In this document: positions 1 through 11,893 of the stretch, piece by piece
Layout: every line of letters begins with the position of its first letter
How positions within the stretch are numbered: the first letter of the stretch is position 1
Assembly: GCA_024626585.2 (NCBI GenBank)
Contig: JANKJI020000002.1
Location: forward strand, 40,400,332-40,416,044
DNA length: 15,713 bases
From: Ginkgo biloba
Taxonomy: Eukaryota; Plantae; Ginkgophyta
Direction of reading: 5' to 3'
Position numbers and translations under genes: made by a program
Notes under the pieces: model-generated
What the model was told of the DNA's origin: nothing
What the model saw: only the letters and a program-made list of their open reading frames with translations
Databases searched by the model: none

Positions 1-19
1 AAAATCTAGATAATTTTGT

Positions 20-600
20 ACCTTAGTTGCAAATTCTTCCCATGCTTATGTACCATTGTTGTATGATAATTCCACCTCACATGAACATGGAGCATCTTGG
101 GTCTTTAAATTTGCTCTCTAAGCAAATTTTTCAAAGACAATATCATGGGTGCAACCATTATCTAATAAAAATTGTAGCTTCATGCCCATTGATTCTTCCC
201 TTAATCATGAATAGCTCCACATCATGAAATCTTTCAATGTTTTTAAGGCTTACTCTATGTGGAAGCCTTTTCCTTGCACACCACCACTACCACCTTCTTA
301 TCTTGCATGGTTGAACCATTATGTCGAAGGTGTGGACAATCCCGCCTCATGTGATTGCCTCCATTTTCAAAACATTTCATAGGTGTCTTCTTATCTCCCT
401 TTAAATGAGATTGTTTCCCATTTCCTTAAGGCTCTTTTCCTTTATTTTGAAAAAATATGGAAAACATTTTAGAAGAAAAAACTCTCTTAATATTTTTCTT
501 TGAGAATGGTTGGCTGGAAAAATCCTTTTTCCCTTGGAAAGGCCTCTTCTTGAAATCTGGTCTAGTTATCTCCGTTGCATCCTATAATGACCCAAATGGG
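20..600 (-). mobile_element. Degenerate Ty3/gypsy gag C-terminus (zinc knuckle) and aspartic protease
   Basis: Minus-strand translation gives KKTPMK-CFENGGNHMRRDCP (374-333; CCHC knuckle with the second Cys lost). It then gives FMIKGRINGHEATI-LLDNGCTHDIVFEKFA*RANL (catalytic motif at 168-142, matching retropepsin LxDSGxTHNF). Stops and a frameshift are present. Confidence 0.85.
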
Positions 601-628
601 TAATTACTTAATAATATAGGGATAACAT

Positions 629-1147
629 TGTTCACAGTTAAAAATGATCTTCTAACTTCAGCATGCACTTTCAATAGAATAATCACAGAACTTTGAAATA
701 CTCAAAATTAATAGAATTCAGAAGTAAACATAAGGGTATGGGGCACTTGCCACCACAAAGTGTCATGGAATTGGGAGCACCTACTACCCAGAATAGTAAT
801 ACTCTTTTAAAAAGAAGAAGATGAGATAAAAATGCTATGATATGATGGTAAAAAGAGAATAAATAAACTCTCTATATATTCTAAAATAGGGCGCCTTAGC
901 TTGAGAGTCATAACTCTTAGAGAAGAGGTGCCTTTTTGCCTTAATTAACCTAGTTTAAACACTTAAACCTAAGCACCTTTTATTTAAGGCTTAATTAAGG
1001 TAGATTAGGCTTATTAAGCCTCCCTCTTTAGGAATTTTACCCTTTTAGCTTAAGATGAGCCCATTTTAACTATTTATCCTCTCTTTTGGTTATATCCCAT
1101 GTGTAGTATTACTAGTTTAGGTTTGAGTTGTGTTTAGGTGCACAACA
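629..1147 (-). mobile_element. LTR-like segment nested in the gypsy gag region
   Basis: Bounded by TGTT (629) and AACA (1144-1147). Minus-strand TATATAGAGAG TATA-like motif near 870-880, followed by a CT-rich R/U5-like tract. Non-coding and interrupts gag-like sequence. No matching TSD (aacat vs ccttc), so the left boundary is uncertain. Confidence 0.45.
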
Positions 1148-1424
1148 CCTTCATCTTCCTCTACAAGTATTTTGGGCCATTATTGATGATATCCTCTTGA
1201 CATATTTGTTGGATTGAGCTTTATCTCGAGCCGACTAAGGCTAGCTGGTTCTTCTATAACTTGGCAATAGTAGATTTGTTGGTTGCTCTCCTTCTTCTTG
1301 GTATTTAGAACTAGTCCAAACCATTCAAAAATTGAAGTGCTTGCTCAAGCATTGCCAAACCTAAGGATCTGTTATAAAATTACTTGATATTTTGATTTGT
1401 TCTTTTCCAATGCTGGAAAATTGC

Positions 1425-1436
1425 GCTTTGAAACCA
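1425..1436 (-). promoter_or_regulatory. Degenerate tRNA-iMet primer binding site of the gypsy element
   Basis: Minus strand reads TGGTTTCAAAGC, a 10/12 match to the canonical TGGTATCAGAGC. It lies upstream of gag/protease in the same orientation and next to LTR-like sequence. Confidence 0.6.
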
Positions 1437-1440
1437 AAAT

Positions 1441-1993
1441 TTATAATCTGAATACTAGAATATGTATAGCGGAACCAAAATTAAGATTTACAAAAATCTC
1501 ATTCATAAGCAGTGATCATATGCAAAAGATCACTTATATTAAAGAAAGTGAAATGCTCTAAAAAGTTTACAATAAAGCTTGATGGTGAAATCATAGTCCA
1601 CAATTACAAAGCTTAATATTTCGCAATTGGGATTAATAATCAGAGTCCATAAGTTTGATGCCTCGCATGAGGATCAATTTACAACTTGCAAATGGAATCA
1701 CAAGTTTAATACTTGGTGAAGAAGAAGAGATCGAAGAACTACAAGAGAATCAACTGTTGAAGGAACTAATTGTTGAACTCCCCTAAAAGAAGAACCCCCT
1801 ACTTTTGAGCTCTAGGGAACTTTTATAATGTCCCTTTTGTTGTAACTATAGAATCGGTTACAAAAACCATTTGTTTCATCTTCTTAGTTGAAGTTGGATG
1901 ACTTGGAATTTTTGCCACATGGAAAATGAGTTGAGGTAGCAGTTGAGATGGTATGCTAGAAGCTCAAATTCACTCTATTATGTCATCGTGACA
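1441..1993 (-). mobile_element. Probable 5' LTR of the minus-strand gypsy element
   Basis: Directly adjacent to the PBS. Minus-strand TATAAAAG at 1827-1820 is followed by a CT-rich tract. Possible TGTCACG start at 1993. Termini are degenerate and the outer boundary is uncertain. Confidence 0.45.
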
Positions 1994-2450
1994 CTTTGGC
2001 ATTTTCGCCAGTCTTTGTCATTTTTACAAGGTTGCACAACCTTCTATTATATCACTTGCCACTGGGCTGTCCAATTTCATATGCCTTTCTCATTTGACAA
2101 GCATGCATCGTTTTTTGCTTTAACCTGCATCGTTGATCTTATTAGAGTCAATATTGAATGCTCATCCTTTTGCAACCCTTTGTACTATCACAACATTTTG
2201 CAACATGAAAATCATGTGTGCAATTGTGCCTTTGTCATAGCCCTTTGCATTATCACTACCTTATGCATTGTCATTGCATTTTGCAACATGATAATCATGC
2301 ATGACATTGTGCCTTTATCACTTGTTTCTACTCTACATAACATCGTAGCCTTTTATCTCTTTGACAAATGTGCAAGGCTTATGATACAGTGGAATGGGAT
2401 TACTTTTTGCAATTATAAAATGTAAATGCTTAACTTGGATGGCTCTAAGA

Positions 2451-2617
2451 TGGATAAGAGTTATTTTGAAAATGACCAACTTTAGCATTCCCATTAATGG
2501 TAGACTTTCACCCATTATTTACTACTAAAGGGGTATCAAACAAGGCTTCCCCCTCTCTTCTTAACTCTGTGTTAGCAATAGAAAACTTCTCTCTTCTACT
2601 CAAATGGCTCATGGAAA
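2451..2617 (+). mobile_element. LINE (L1-clade) reverse transcriptase fragment, degenerate
   Basis: Translates WIRVILKMTNFSIPINGRLSPIIYY*RGIKQGFPLSS*L then (frameshift) VLAIENFSLLLK. This matches the plant LINE RT motifs WI...FSVLING...RGLRQGDPLSP.LF.LA.E.LS.LL. Runs into an N gap. Confidence 0.85.
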
Positions 2618-3141
2618 NNNNNNNNNNNNNNNNNNNNNNNNNNNNNNNNNNNNNNNNNNNNNNNNNNNNNNNNNNNNNNNNNNNNNNNNNNNNNNNNNNN
2701 NNNNNNNNNNNNNNNNNAGTGCAAATTGTCCATACGATAACCCTGGCCTGCAAGGCCAAGGGCACTACCCGAAGACCCCACCAAGAGCGCCCCTAGGACA
2801 CCATTCGTAATTTTGTTCCTAGAACAGGCAGTCAAACAAGACTGATTTTTTAGACCAATTTTGTGGCTTTTCATAAGACTATTGGTTTCTTGCCATTATG
2901 CAATTACAATCGATAATTATCCTTATTCTTCAAATTTGACCTAAATCACTCCATGAGGGAAAGAGAGGGCATATATTAGAGACACTGGAATTTTAAAACT
3001 TCAAAAGATCCACAAAGAGTTCACACTTAATAACCAACACACTAGAGAGCTAAGAAAGATCATTAAAAGGCTAGAGACGCATCTTCTTCCATGCAATGTT
3101 TGAGCTAGCCAATTATCTTGATCCTATCACATTGGAAGAAT

Positions 3142-3248
3142 GAATCAAAGCAGGCTATGCGATGATTGCCTTGACAAAAGCAAAAGAGTACAAATTAAAG
3201 AATCAAGTAGGTTGTGTGATAATTGCCTTGACAAAGGAGAAGAGTACA
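3142..3248 (+). repeat. Diverged tandem duplication, unit about 57 nt
   Basis: gaatcaaagcaggctatgcgatgattgccttgacaaaagcaaaagagtaca (3142-3192) vs gaatcaagtaggttgtgtgataattgccttgacaaaggagaagagtaca (3200-3248). Confidence 0.8.
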
Positions 3249-4779
3249 CATTCATTATGGTTAGCAATAAAACCCTCATACACAATGTGGCTAGAACATC
3301 TAGCCATGCATTCAGCAAGGAATCAACTTACAAGTCCTAGAATAAAAGAAAGATCATCAATGTTTCAAGCCAAATGTCTCCATAACGAAAAGAGAAGGCT
3401 TTCTTCAATAAATGAAAACCAAGAAGGAAAATGAGAGCAACCAAGATTTAATGTCAATGTTTCATTAGTTAAATAAATCTAGCTTGTGAAAGCAACTTTG
3501 GAGCAGGGCTAGTAATTTATGCAGATCCAATAATTAGAAAGCACTACAAGATGAACTACTTTCACCAAGATCTATAGTCTTGCCACATGAACAATTGGCA
3601 TGGCATCTTCATTGTTTCAATCCTTTGACATAATCAACAACGCACTGAAGTTTAAAACAAGGAATTTTTCAGAGGTACTTTAATACATTCAACTAATTGA
3701 TAATAGCTAAAGANNNNNNNNNNNNNNNNNNNNNNNNNNNNNNNNNNNNNNNNNNNNNNNNNNNNNNNNNNNNTGGGAGTTTGCAAAGTTCTAGAGATGC
3801 ACACAAAATTTACACTTAATCGCCAATGCATTAGAGAATCAAGGAAAATGTCTAAAAGTTAATGAAGATTAACTAAAATCAACAAGCAACAAACAAGCAA
3901 TCTGAATGTTGTGAAACATCTCCCATGCAATCTTTGAGTAAGTCAATTATCTTCATCATATTATATTTGAAGGAAAAATGGAAATGGGGCTATGTATTTA
4001 TTGCCTTGAGCAATAGAGTGCATATTTGTTTTGGTCAACAACAAAACTCTATTGATGTGGCTATACATCCAAGCATGCACTCAATAGAAAATCACTCCAC
4101 AACTCATTGATTAAAAGATAACATTCTTGAAAAGACTAAGCTTAACTGAGATGATGTTTGGACAGGAGAAAAACTACTCTCAGTTCTGGCCTTAATACAC
4201 ATGATATGCATGAATGAGGATTGAATATTTAAACTTACACATTAACCAATAAAGTCTATTACAATGAACTATGAAATAGTAAACAAGTTTGTAGGTTCAA
4301 AATGGCATAAGTCAAGAAAATATGCCCCACTAATAACTTGCCATTCAAAGCAGGGAGTAAAAGACAAACTATATGGAACATAATAATGTTCTCGACCAAA
4401 TTGAAGACTAATCCTTATTTTCAACTAACAAGCTTCAAATGTTGTAGTCAATGTCAAAGATGTCCTCTTCATCTTTGAATGTATCTTTAATGATTAATCC
4501 AAATGAACTCATTCATTAATATAAATTTGGTCTGTAATAATAATAATATTATAATAAAAATCCAAATAGAAAAAGTGACTAAATCTTCAAACCTTTAACA
4601 TGTACAAACTTAATAGCACTAAAACTCAAAATATGAAATACAAAATATAAAGTTGTTTTTCTTGCTTCAAAACAAAGTACCAGAGTTTCAACATCTTGGA
4701 ATGGAAGGCATTTCCCTATGGAGGACGTTTTATTGCTACTTAGGGGTGCAAAGTGGAAAGACCATTGTCATTATATAGA

Positions 4780-5240
4780 TGTTGAGTTACCTAGATCCAG
4801 CCCTAGGACCCCTATTTCCTTACCCCATATGGCTCAATAGCAAGGATGCCTTGGGAACAACTTAGGAATGGTTTGGAAACACCCCCTATGGATAAATTCC
4901 TAAAAAATGTCACTTCCTATATTTTTTTACCTTTTTTTTGAAAGAAAAAAGAATTGAAAAAAATTCAAAACCTAACCTAAAAAGGAAAAATGCTAAACCC
5001 TAAATTTTAAGTTTCAACCATTATGGTCAGTCTTTAGGTGTCAAGTATTTTATTATTTGTGTATCATGTTTCAAGTATTTTATCATTTATGTGACTTGTC
5101 TATTTTCATATCTCTTGTACGCATATTATTTCACATATTTTTTAAACCCTAAAATTTGCCGTCCCTATATCCTAAAAATTTGAGAAGTGTCGAATTTTGT
5201 ATCCTTGCCCTTCCCCCCTCCCATCTCCTCATAACGTACA
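4780..5240. mobile_element. Possible decayed non-autonomous DNA transposon (hAT/MITE-like)
   Basis: C-rich subterminal-like motifs at both ends flank an AT-rich core. Resembles plant hAT-derived elements from memory. No clean TIR or TSD. Confidence 0.25.
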
Positions 5241-5247
5241 ATATATA

Positions 5248-5680
5248 TGTTGGCTAGCAGTCTCGAGGGAAAACAAACAAGTAGATAGCAGCCACTAGAG
5301 CAAATCCGTTCATTAGTTAGAAGGGTAGGTCATGTTGCAAAGCAAGCCAACTGTCACCCAAGAGTCATCAGTTGCAAACAAATAGAAGTCGGTTGCAGCA
5401 CTGCAGCTCAGAAATGGCAGCCAAATACAGCACTAACACAGTGGTTGAAATATTTAAACGGCATTAGAATCAGATAAACATCAATTGCAGGTAAGATTCT
5501 TCGTAACTACAGTTTAGTGCAACTAGCAATCATTCTTCTATGAAGAGACACTAATTTCTTCCAAGATGTATTTAAAGGCATGATGTAAACATGTTAATGT
5601 GAGAGCCAATTACTTGTACTCTTGTGTGAAGTGATCCTGTGATAAATGATACATTGTCATATCTTATTGTATCCAACTTT
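5248..5680 (+). mobile_element. Possible solo LTR
   Basis: Starts TGTTGG at 5248, has a TATTTAAAG TATA-like motif near 5570 and ends at a degenerate ...TCCAAC near 5677. No TSD. Confidence 0.3.
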
Positions 5681-5977
5681 TATGTTTATTAGTGATTACA
5701 TATCTAGCTACTAGTAATTAATGACTGTTCCAAGTTAATTGGAATCACACTTATAAAAGTTAGTTGACAGGTGATGTGTTACTAGCTATTTAACTACCTT
5801 TAGGATGTATAAATAACTTGTCAATTATGGGTAGAAGCATGATACTTGATTGCGGATTCAGATTATGTGAGAAAGAGTCTCAATTTTGCATGTAATAACG
5901 ATGACTATAATGGAATCTTCTCTATGTAATTGTTAGTTGTCCCATGAATACCTATGCAACGATTGATAAATTGTTAT

Positions 5978-6012
5978 GCGTGTGTAGCTGTGGCTGTGTG
6001 TGTGTCTGTGTG
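5978..6012 (+). repeat. Imperfect (TG)n microsatellite
   Basis: gcgtgtgtagctgtggctgtgtgtgtgtctgtgtg. Confidence 0.6.
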
Positions 6013-8729
6013 AGCACACATATGAGAAAGAGAGCAACAGTTGTGTATTCTGTTATGCTATTTGGTTATACATTTACAGTAAATCATAGATGGAAAGAAC
6101 TAGGCACACACTATGAGAGTTAACTACTAGTAGAGGAAGGTAATTCGCCAACATTGGCTCTGTTGCTTTCAACCAAAATGAAGTTCATCATAATTCACAA
6201 TCCAGTCTAATTAAAGAAAGTGTGATCTGTGTACATGGGGAAGGAGGCAATCTGTTGTTTATGGTTCACAGAAATATGCTCAAAACATAACAGAATGGAA
6301 ATCACCTGTTGAAGACAAAATTGCATGTTATCCATTCATTATGACCTGAGATTATGTGCCAAGAAAGGAAGACTATAATCCGGTGCATATGGTTCATGTA
6401 CGTACACTGTAGATAGTTTACAAGAACTTACGCTCAAGAATGCCTAAATGGAACTAACCTGATTGGAATCAAGATCATACTTGGTCAGGTGAGCAACAGT
6501 TGGTGCATTGGCATTATTATTTTTTTTTTTCCTTGAAATCCATTTTTGAAGATAAATTGTTATGGTAACTTACACGTGGGTCTTTGATAACTACCAAGAT
6601 CACGTCTGTTAGGGCAGATTGCAATGGTCTATAAGTAGATCGAACGAGTCTGCAATCAATTGCAGGCCTGTATAGTACCTTGCAGCATATCAGGGAATGG
6701 TGAATCAGTCTCAAAATAATTGAATGCTTGAATTACTACTCATACTGTGATAATATGATGTTTTGTTCATATCCCATGACCTTGGTTTCCCTTGTGATTG
6801 CTTGCTAAATCCCATGTAGACACAGGATCTTTTGAATCCATCAAAAGAGCAGGAATCGACTCCAGTTTCTCATGAATAGCAGTATCATAGACATAATCAA
6901 AGAAAAGATGTGGGAAAGCAAAATCAAAATTTTGCAAGTAATGGACAATTGGAATCAATGAAAACATAAAAACCAAGCCAAAAAATGGAGATTACAGCAA
7001 AGGAACCTGACACTATGCCAGGGTTGAAGAGGAAAGTATGTAAGAAAGAAAGAAAGAAATAGTATCAATGCCCACTAATGACCAAAAGCAGTCAATGGGA
7101 CTGTAAATAGTACATCATACAAAATAATTTGTGCGGGTGCTANNNNNNNNNNNNNNNNNNNNNNNNNNNNNNNNNNNNNNNNNNNNNNNNNNNNNNNNNN
7201 NNNNNNNNNNNNNNNNNNNNNNNNNNNNNNNNNNNNNNNNNNAAAATAAAAATTTTAATGAAAAGAAATGTAACTTTAGAAAAGTGACTAAAATTAAAAG
7301 GAGAATATTCTAAAGAATATTCTGATTTTAATTTTTTTAAGGGCTCAGTTTAGGTTTTGAATTTTTTGGTTCAAAAATCAGGCAGCTCCTGATTTCTCCC
7401 AGCGCGGCTTCTTCGACGATTTTCAACTAGATTTTCTTCGAATCTGATTGANNNNNNNNNNNNNNNNNNNNNNNNNTCTCTACAATAGCCCTGTGCCCCT
7501 TTGCGACATCCCTCTGCAGTGATTTGGTGTTTTTGCATGAATCTTTCGCGTGGTTACGCCCGTTCTTTCTCCTAAGCGCAGTAAATCCTTGAGTGTAGTT
7601 TCTCCTTCCCGTCGACAGTCAGTCCTGACCTGCGTTGTGCGATGTGGGCGTTTCCTTTCTCCCTGGCTGCACGTGGCTTACCCGAGTCTACGCAGCCCTG
7701 CACGGTGGTTCTCTCCTTGCACGGTCCTTCTCTTATGCCCTGCACAACCTTCAAACATTTGGTATCACCTAAGTCCTGCGCCTTGCACATTTGTTTCTCA
7801 CAGTTTACCCCTTGCAGCCCACGAATCAAGGTATACAACAAGCAACCAACAACACCTATCTCCCACAATTTCTCTCCTTCGTGAACATGATTTCTCTATT
7901 CCAGTAAACAGTGCACACCAATGATTTGTCTCACGCTCTTAATGACGGGAAATATGGTCCACAAAGCCTCTTCTTTCCTCATTTTTGAACAATTTTACGC
8001 TTTCCAACTGAGTTTTTTTCACAAAATAATACTAAGCCCCCCAAAAAAATTATGGTCACCAAAAAATAACCTCATGAATTTTGAACTCACAACTTATTTT
8101 TTTAATCTCTCACTTTTGAAACCGAAGCCACTTCTTTTAAAGCTCACATTCTCTTACCAGTAAGCTATACTATGACTTGTGATAAATTGCATACATCATC
8201 ATGACCTCAAAAACCTTCAACATACATTAGCTCCTTAGGGCATGTTTAGACCCTACTTCCAAAGTCAAATGTGACTCCATATGACCACGTCTTTAACATA
8301 TAAGAAACGAACTTCAAAATATTACATAAAGAATTAAAATTTTTAATTTGCAGAGTTAAAATATTTGTGACGATTTCTCCACACTACGGTTGTATTTTCC
8401 TCTGCGCGTCCTCGCTCGCTTGTGCGCTGCGGTCTACAAGGCGACGTTCATCTGTCGTTCCTTGCAACCGTCATAATTCATCTCTGGGACTCCTTTCCAT
8501 CTTCGTTTGGGCAATCATCCTCACATGTGCTATGACATTTTTCACCACGGCAACATCATTCGATTCATTTTTATCTATGGTGCCTCTATGTATCTTTGGT
8601 GGTTTTCATCGATCTATAGCTTCCTTGTTACAACGAATCTACCCTCTTCTTCCATGGAGGCTAGACTAAGGTTGGCGATGTGTCTCCTATAAATGGGGTT
8701 CTCTCCTCTGACTTGGCATGGACTATGAT

Positions 8730-9959
8730 GTTAAAAAAAAAATTTCCCATCACAATGGAGGTGTTTGCAAGCAGAACAACCGTCTCCCACTGATTCAACA
8801 ATAAATAACCCATTCTCTTCTGCACTCCAGGCTTCCNNNNNNNNNNNNNNNNNNNNNNNNNNNNNNNNNNNNNNNNNNNNNNNNNNNNNNNNNNNNNNNN
8901 NNNNNNNNNNNNNNNNNNNNNNNNNNNNNNNNNNNNCATTAATGTACATGATACATCGTGATAGTTCATCAACAACCTTATGACCTAGAGGAAGGCCAAA
9001 AATATATGAATTAGTTGGAGCCTTGGTAACAACGGCCTTAGAAAGATGATTTTTTAAGCCTCTTTGTCACATGGTTGATGCTCCTTCCCATACATCTTGT
9101 ACTTATCTCACGAAGGAAAATATTTATGTGAGACAATCACGGATCAATTCAACAACAATAAAAGTGGTAAAAGATGGAAAAGCAGACTTGGTCTTGATTG
9201 AAGCAAAATTCAAATTTATATAATGGTGCTTCTTGAGGTTGAAGCAAATATCATATTGAGAAATGTATGAAATGATGGCTTCAACAACAAAATATGGTTC
9301 ATGAAAATTTGTGATAAGCTTTCCTATTGACACTATAAGGACTAGTTTTTCAATGGATTGATGCAGATGCATCAATTGCCAACTTGGATAGAAGCCTAAG
9401 AAACGTTTAGTTGTCGTTTTGGCAACACTTTGCCATATCTATCCCTAAGTTTGAAATAGTTGAAAATACACATGGATAGCAATTAATGTTGCTTTTCAAA
9501 CCAAGCTTTGTCCATAAATTTCAATGTAAGTTCAAATTCTAAAGGAATGATTTCAAAGTGTAAAACAATGTTTCCTAAATTGTGTTACTATTGAATAGTT
9601 TTGGGATTCCTATAACTCTGACACTTCCAAAAGAAAATGAACCACACACACTAGACACAAACTCTAAAGCAACCAAACAATCAAAAGAGAGGAAAGGGGA
9701 GACTTACTTGGAATATGCATGATCTTTTATCTTATTAAGACCTTCCCTTGAAATATAATCAGCCTTTTTTTACGCTGCAAAAATACTAAGCAAGAGTTCT
9801 ACACAATGCCACTTTTGATCCCTAGAGCTAACAACATACATTAGTAGAATAAAGAAGACCATGCAAGAGAGAGATGCAATAAAGAAAAATGTCAGGAATT
9901 TGATAAGAATGAATATTTATTTAAATGAGAGGGTTTGAATGATCATACCAAGCTTGGGA
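8730..9959 (-). pseudogene. Decayed intron-containing gene of unrecognised family, probably transposon-borne
   Basis: Two short GT-AG introns on minus: 9839-9775 (GTATGT...TTTTTGCAG) and 9707-9618 (GTAAGT...GTGTCAG). A stop-free frame of 104 codons (9438-9127) continues to the gap at 8937 with only 3 stops. About two frameshifts are needed in A-runs. Confidence 0.5.
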
Positions 9960-10149
9960 NNNNNNNNNNNNNNNNNNNNNNNNNNNNNNNNNNNNNNNNN
10001 NNNNNNNNNNNNNNNNNNNNNNNNNNNNNNNNNNNNNNNNNNNNNNNNNNNNNNNNNNNNNNNNNNNNNNNNNNNNNNNNNNNNNNNNNNNNNNNNNNNN
10101 NNNNNNNNNNNNNNNNNNNNNNNNNNNNNNNNNNNNNNNNNNNNNNNNN

Positions 10150-11524
10150 ACAAATTGATAGAAGAAGAAAGAAAGAAGCCCTTGAAGATGCTAGCCAGAA
10201 GATGATAATGCAAACAATAGTCTTTTAATGATAAAATCGTGAATTTCGGATTCTCTATTACTAAGTACTCTAGTGGAGACAACCCCTTTCATTCTCTAAA
10301 AGAGAATCTCTGATTTTACAAGCAAGAAGTCAACCGTCTTAAAGGAAAAGATAATTTCTCGACTAAGGAAGTACAAGGAAACACAGGTAGCATTGACAAA
10401 ATTAGAGTTTGGTCCAACCCAATTTGTGACTAGCATTTGAGTCAAGGTTTCTTCCCTCCAAGCAACAGCAAACTCATGTCAAGTCAATTTTCAAGCAAAA
10501 TTCAACAAGATCAAGAAGAGAGGGGGTGAAGTGGATATGACTTTGTCACCATTACTTTCCAAAAGGCCAAAGGAGAATAGGGATCTTGAGCACTCACTAA
10601 TGAGCAAGTAACTTCGATCATGTTGCACCCTCTAGGTGAGAAAAACAATGCAGTTGCAAAAGCTCTTAAAGTTGACCAGAATGCTTTGTTGGCATTAGTT
10701 GCATACAACACTACCCAATTCGCCATGCTTTGGAAGAAGAGAGTTGGCACATTCAATGGCCTAGGTAGAAAAAAGGATTATGAAAGTGAATCAAATTTTG
10801 GAGCTACTACTAAATTGAAGGGATCTTCATTTGTTGAGGATACCTCCATTTTAACTTCTATAATTGAATTAGATGAGCTAATTTGCAATTTGGCTCAAGT
10901 AGCCCTTAAACTAGAGCAAGAGGAAGCAAATACCTAGCAAGCACTAAGACTTGGAGAGGATATCCAATAGCCAAACGATTGATCCACACCACCACCACAA
11001 GTTGTTGTTATTGCACAAGAAGTTGCTCAAGAGGCTCAGTGGATCAATCTCCCTTTAGAAGAGATAGATGAAGTGAAGAACAAGAAGAAGAAAGGGCGAA
11101 TCCAATAGAGCCATCCAATCAGCCCAAGGAGTCCAAACCTTAGTAACAACAATTGCAAAAGCAGTCTGAGGTGGTGTTGAGTTAACCAAAGCAAGTTGAT
11201 CCATTGTCCCAATTGGAAGTTACACAATTGGCCAAGCAACAACTGACGGTCCAAGACTTCAATGCTCTAATTATCCAAGATGCCGAGGATGATGAGGGGG
11301 AAAAAGATATATTTGCTTTTAGGACTCACCCCACTCCAAGAGTAACAACGGTCTCAGTTAAGTCACTTAGGTCGACAAAAACATTTGTTAGAGAAGTACT
11401 CTCTCCTATGGACCTTAGTGGCATGCCATCTTCGTTGATCACCCTTTGGATGAGGACCTTACAAGATTATAGACTAAGGAGCTTAAAAAAGCACGAGCAC
11501 GAGTTGTGGAGGCCAAAAAATTAA
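10150..11524 (+). mobile_element. Degenerate charged/acidic ORF, probably an accessory ORF of an LTR retrotransposon
   Basis: Purine-biased plus strand with successive ORF pieces (10620-10937, 11204-11524) rich in E/K/Q/D, broken by stops and frameshifts. No recognisable domain. Confidence 0.35.
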
Positions 11525-11722
11525 ATAAATTGGCAATGGTACGAAATGGTAGGGAGGGGATTTGAGACTCATCCCCCAAAGGGTGGGACCAATCATGGCC
11601 TCTCTCTAGATAACACCAAATAACTAGAAGCAACAAGAGGATTGTGTCAGTAGCTATGTGGAATTGTAATGGCATGACTTGGTCTTCGCCAAGAACAATC
11701 CTTGTTACAACGTAGAAAAGTT

Positions 11723-11769
11723 AGGTTACTTCGTTAACCGCACCAAGGAAGGTTACTTCGTTAACCGCA
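11723..11769 (+). repeat. Perfect 20-nt direct repeat, 27-nt period
   Basis: AGGTTACTTCGTTAACCGCA at 11723-11742 and 11750-11769. Confidence 0.9.
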
Positions 11770-11893
11770 GCAAAGCCAAAGGTTTCCTTGGAANNNNNNN
11801 NNNNNNNNNNNNNNNNNNNNNNNNNNNNNNNNNNNNNNNNNNNNNNNNNNNNNNNNNNNNNNNNNNNNNNNNNNNNNNNNNNNNNNNNNNNNN

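Noticed and set aside
1943-2425. 160-aa ORF
   Set aside because: Cys/His/Ile-rich product of degenerate TTGCA-type low-complexity repeats, with no domain.
6826-7062. Acceptor-like CACAG followed by a hydrophilic frame ending KRKVCKKERKK*
   Set aside because: Two internal stops and no recognisable homology. Cannot be distinguished from chance.
7550-7924. Overlapping ORFs on both strands
   Set aside because: Explained by local GC richness and repeated motifs. No protein-like signal.
8661-8836. Harbinger-nuclease-like reading (PGVQKRMGYLLLNQWETVVLLANTSIVMGNFFFNIIVH)
   Set aside because: The key AC..LHN motif is absent and no upstream DDE motifs were found. An alternative frame fits equally well.
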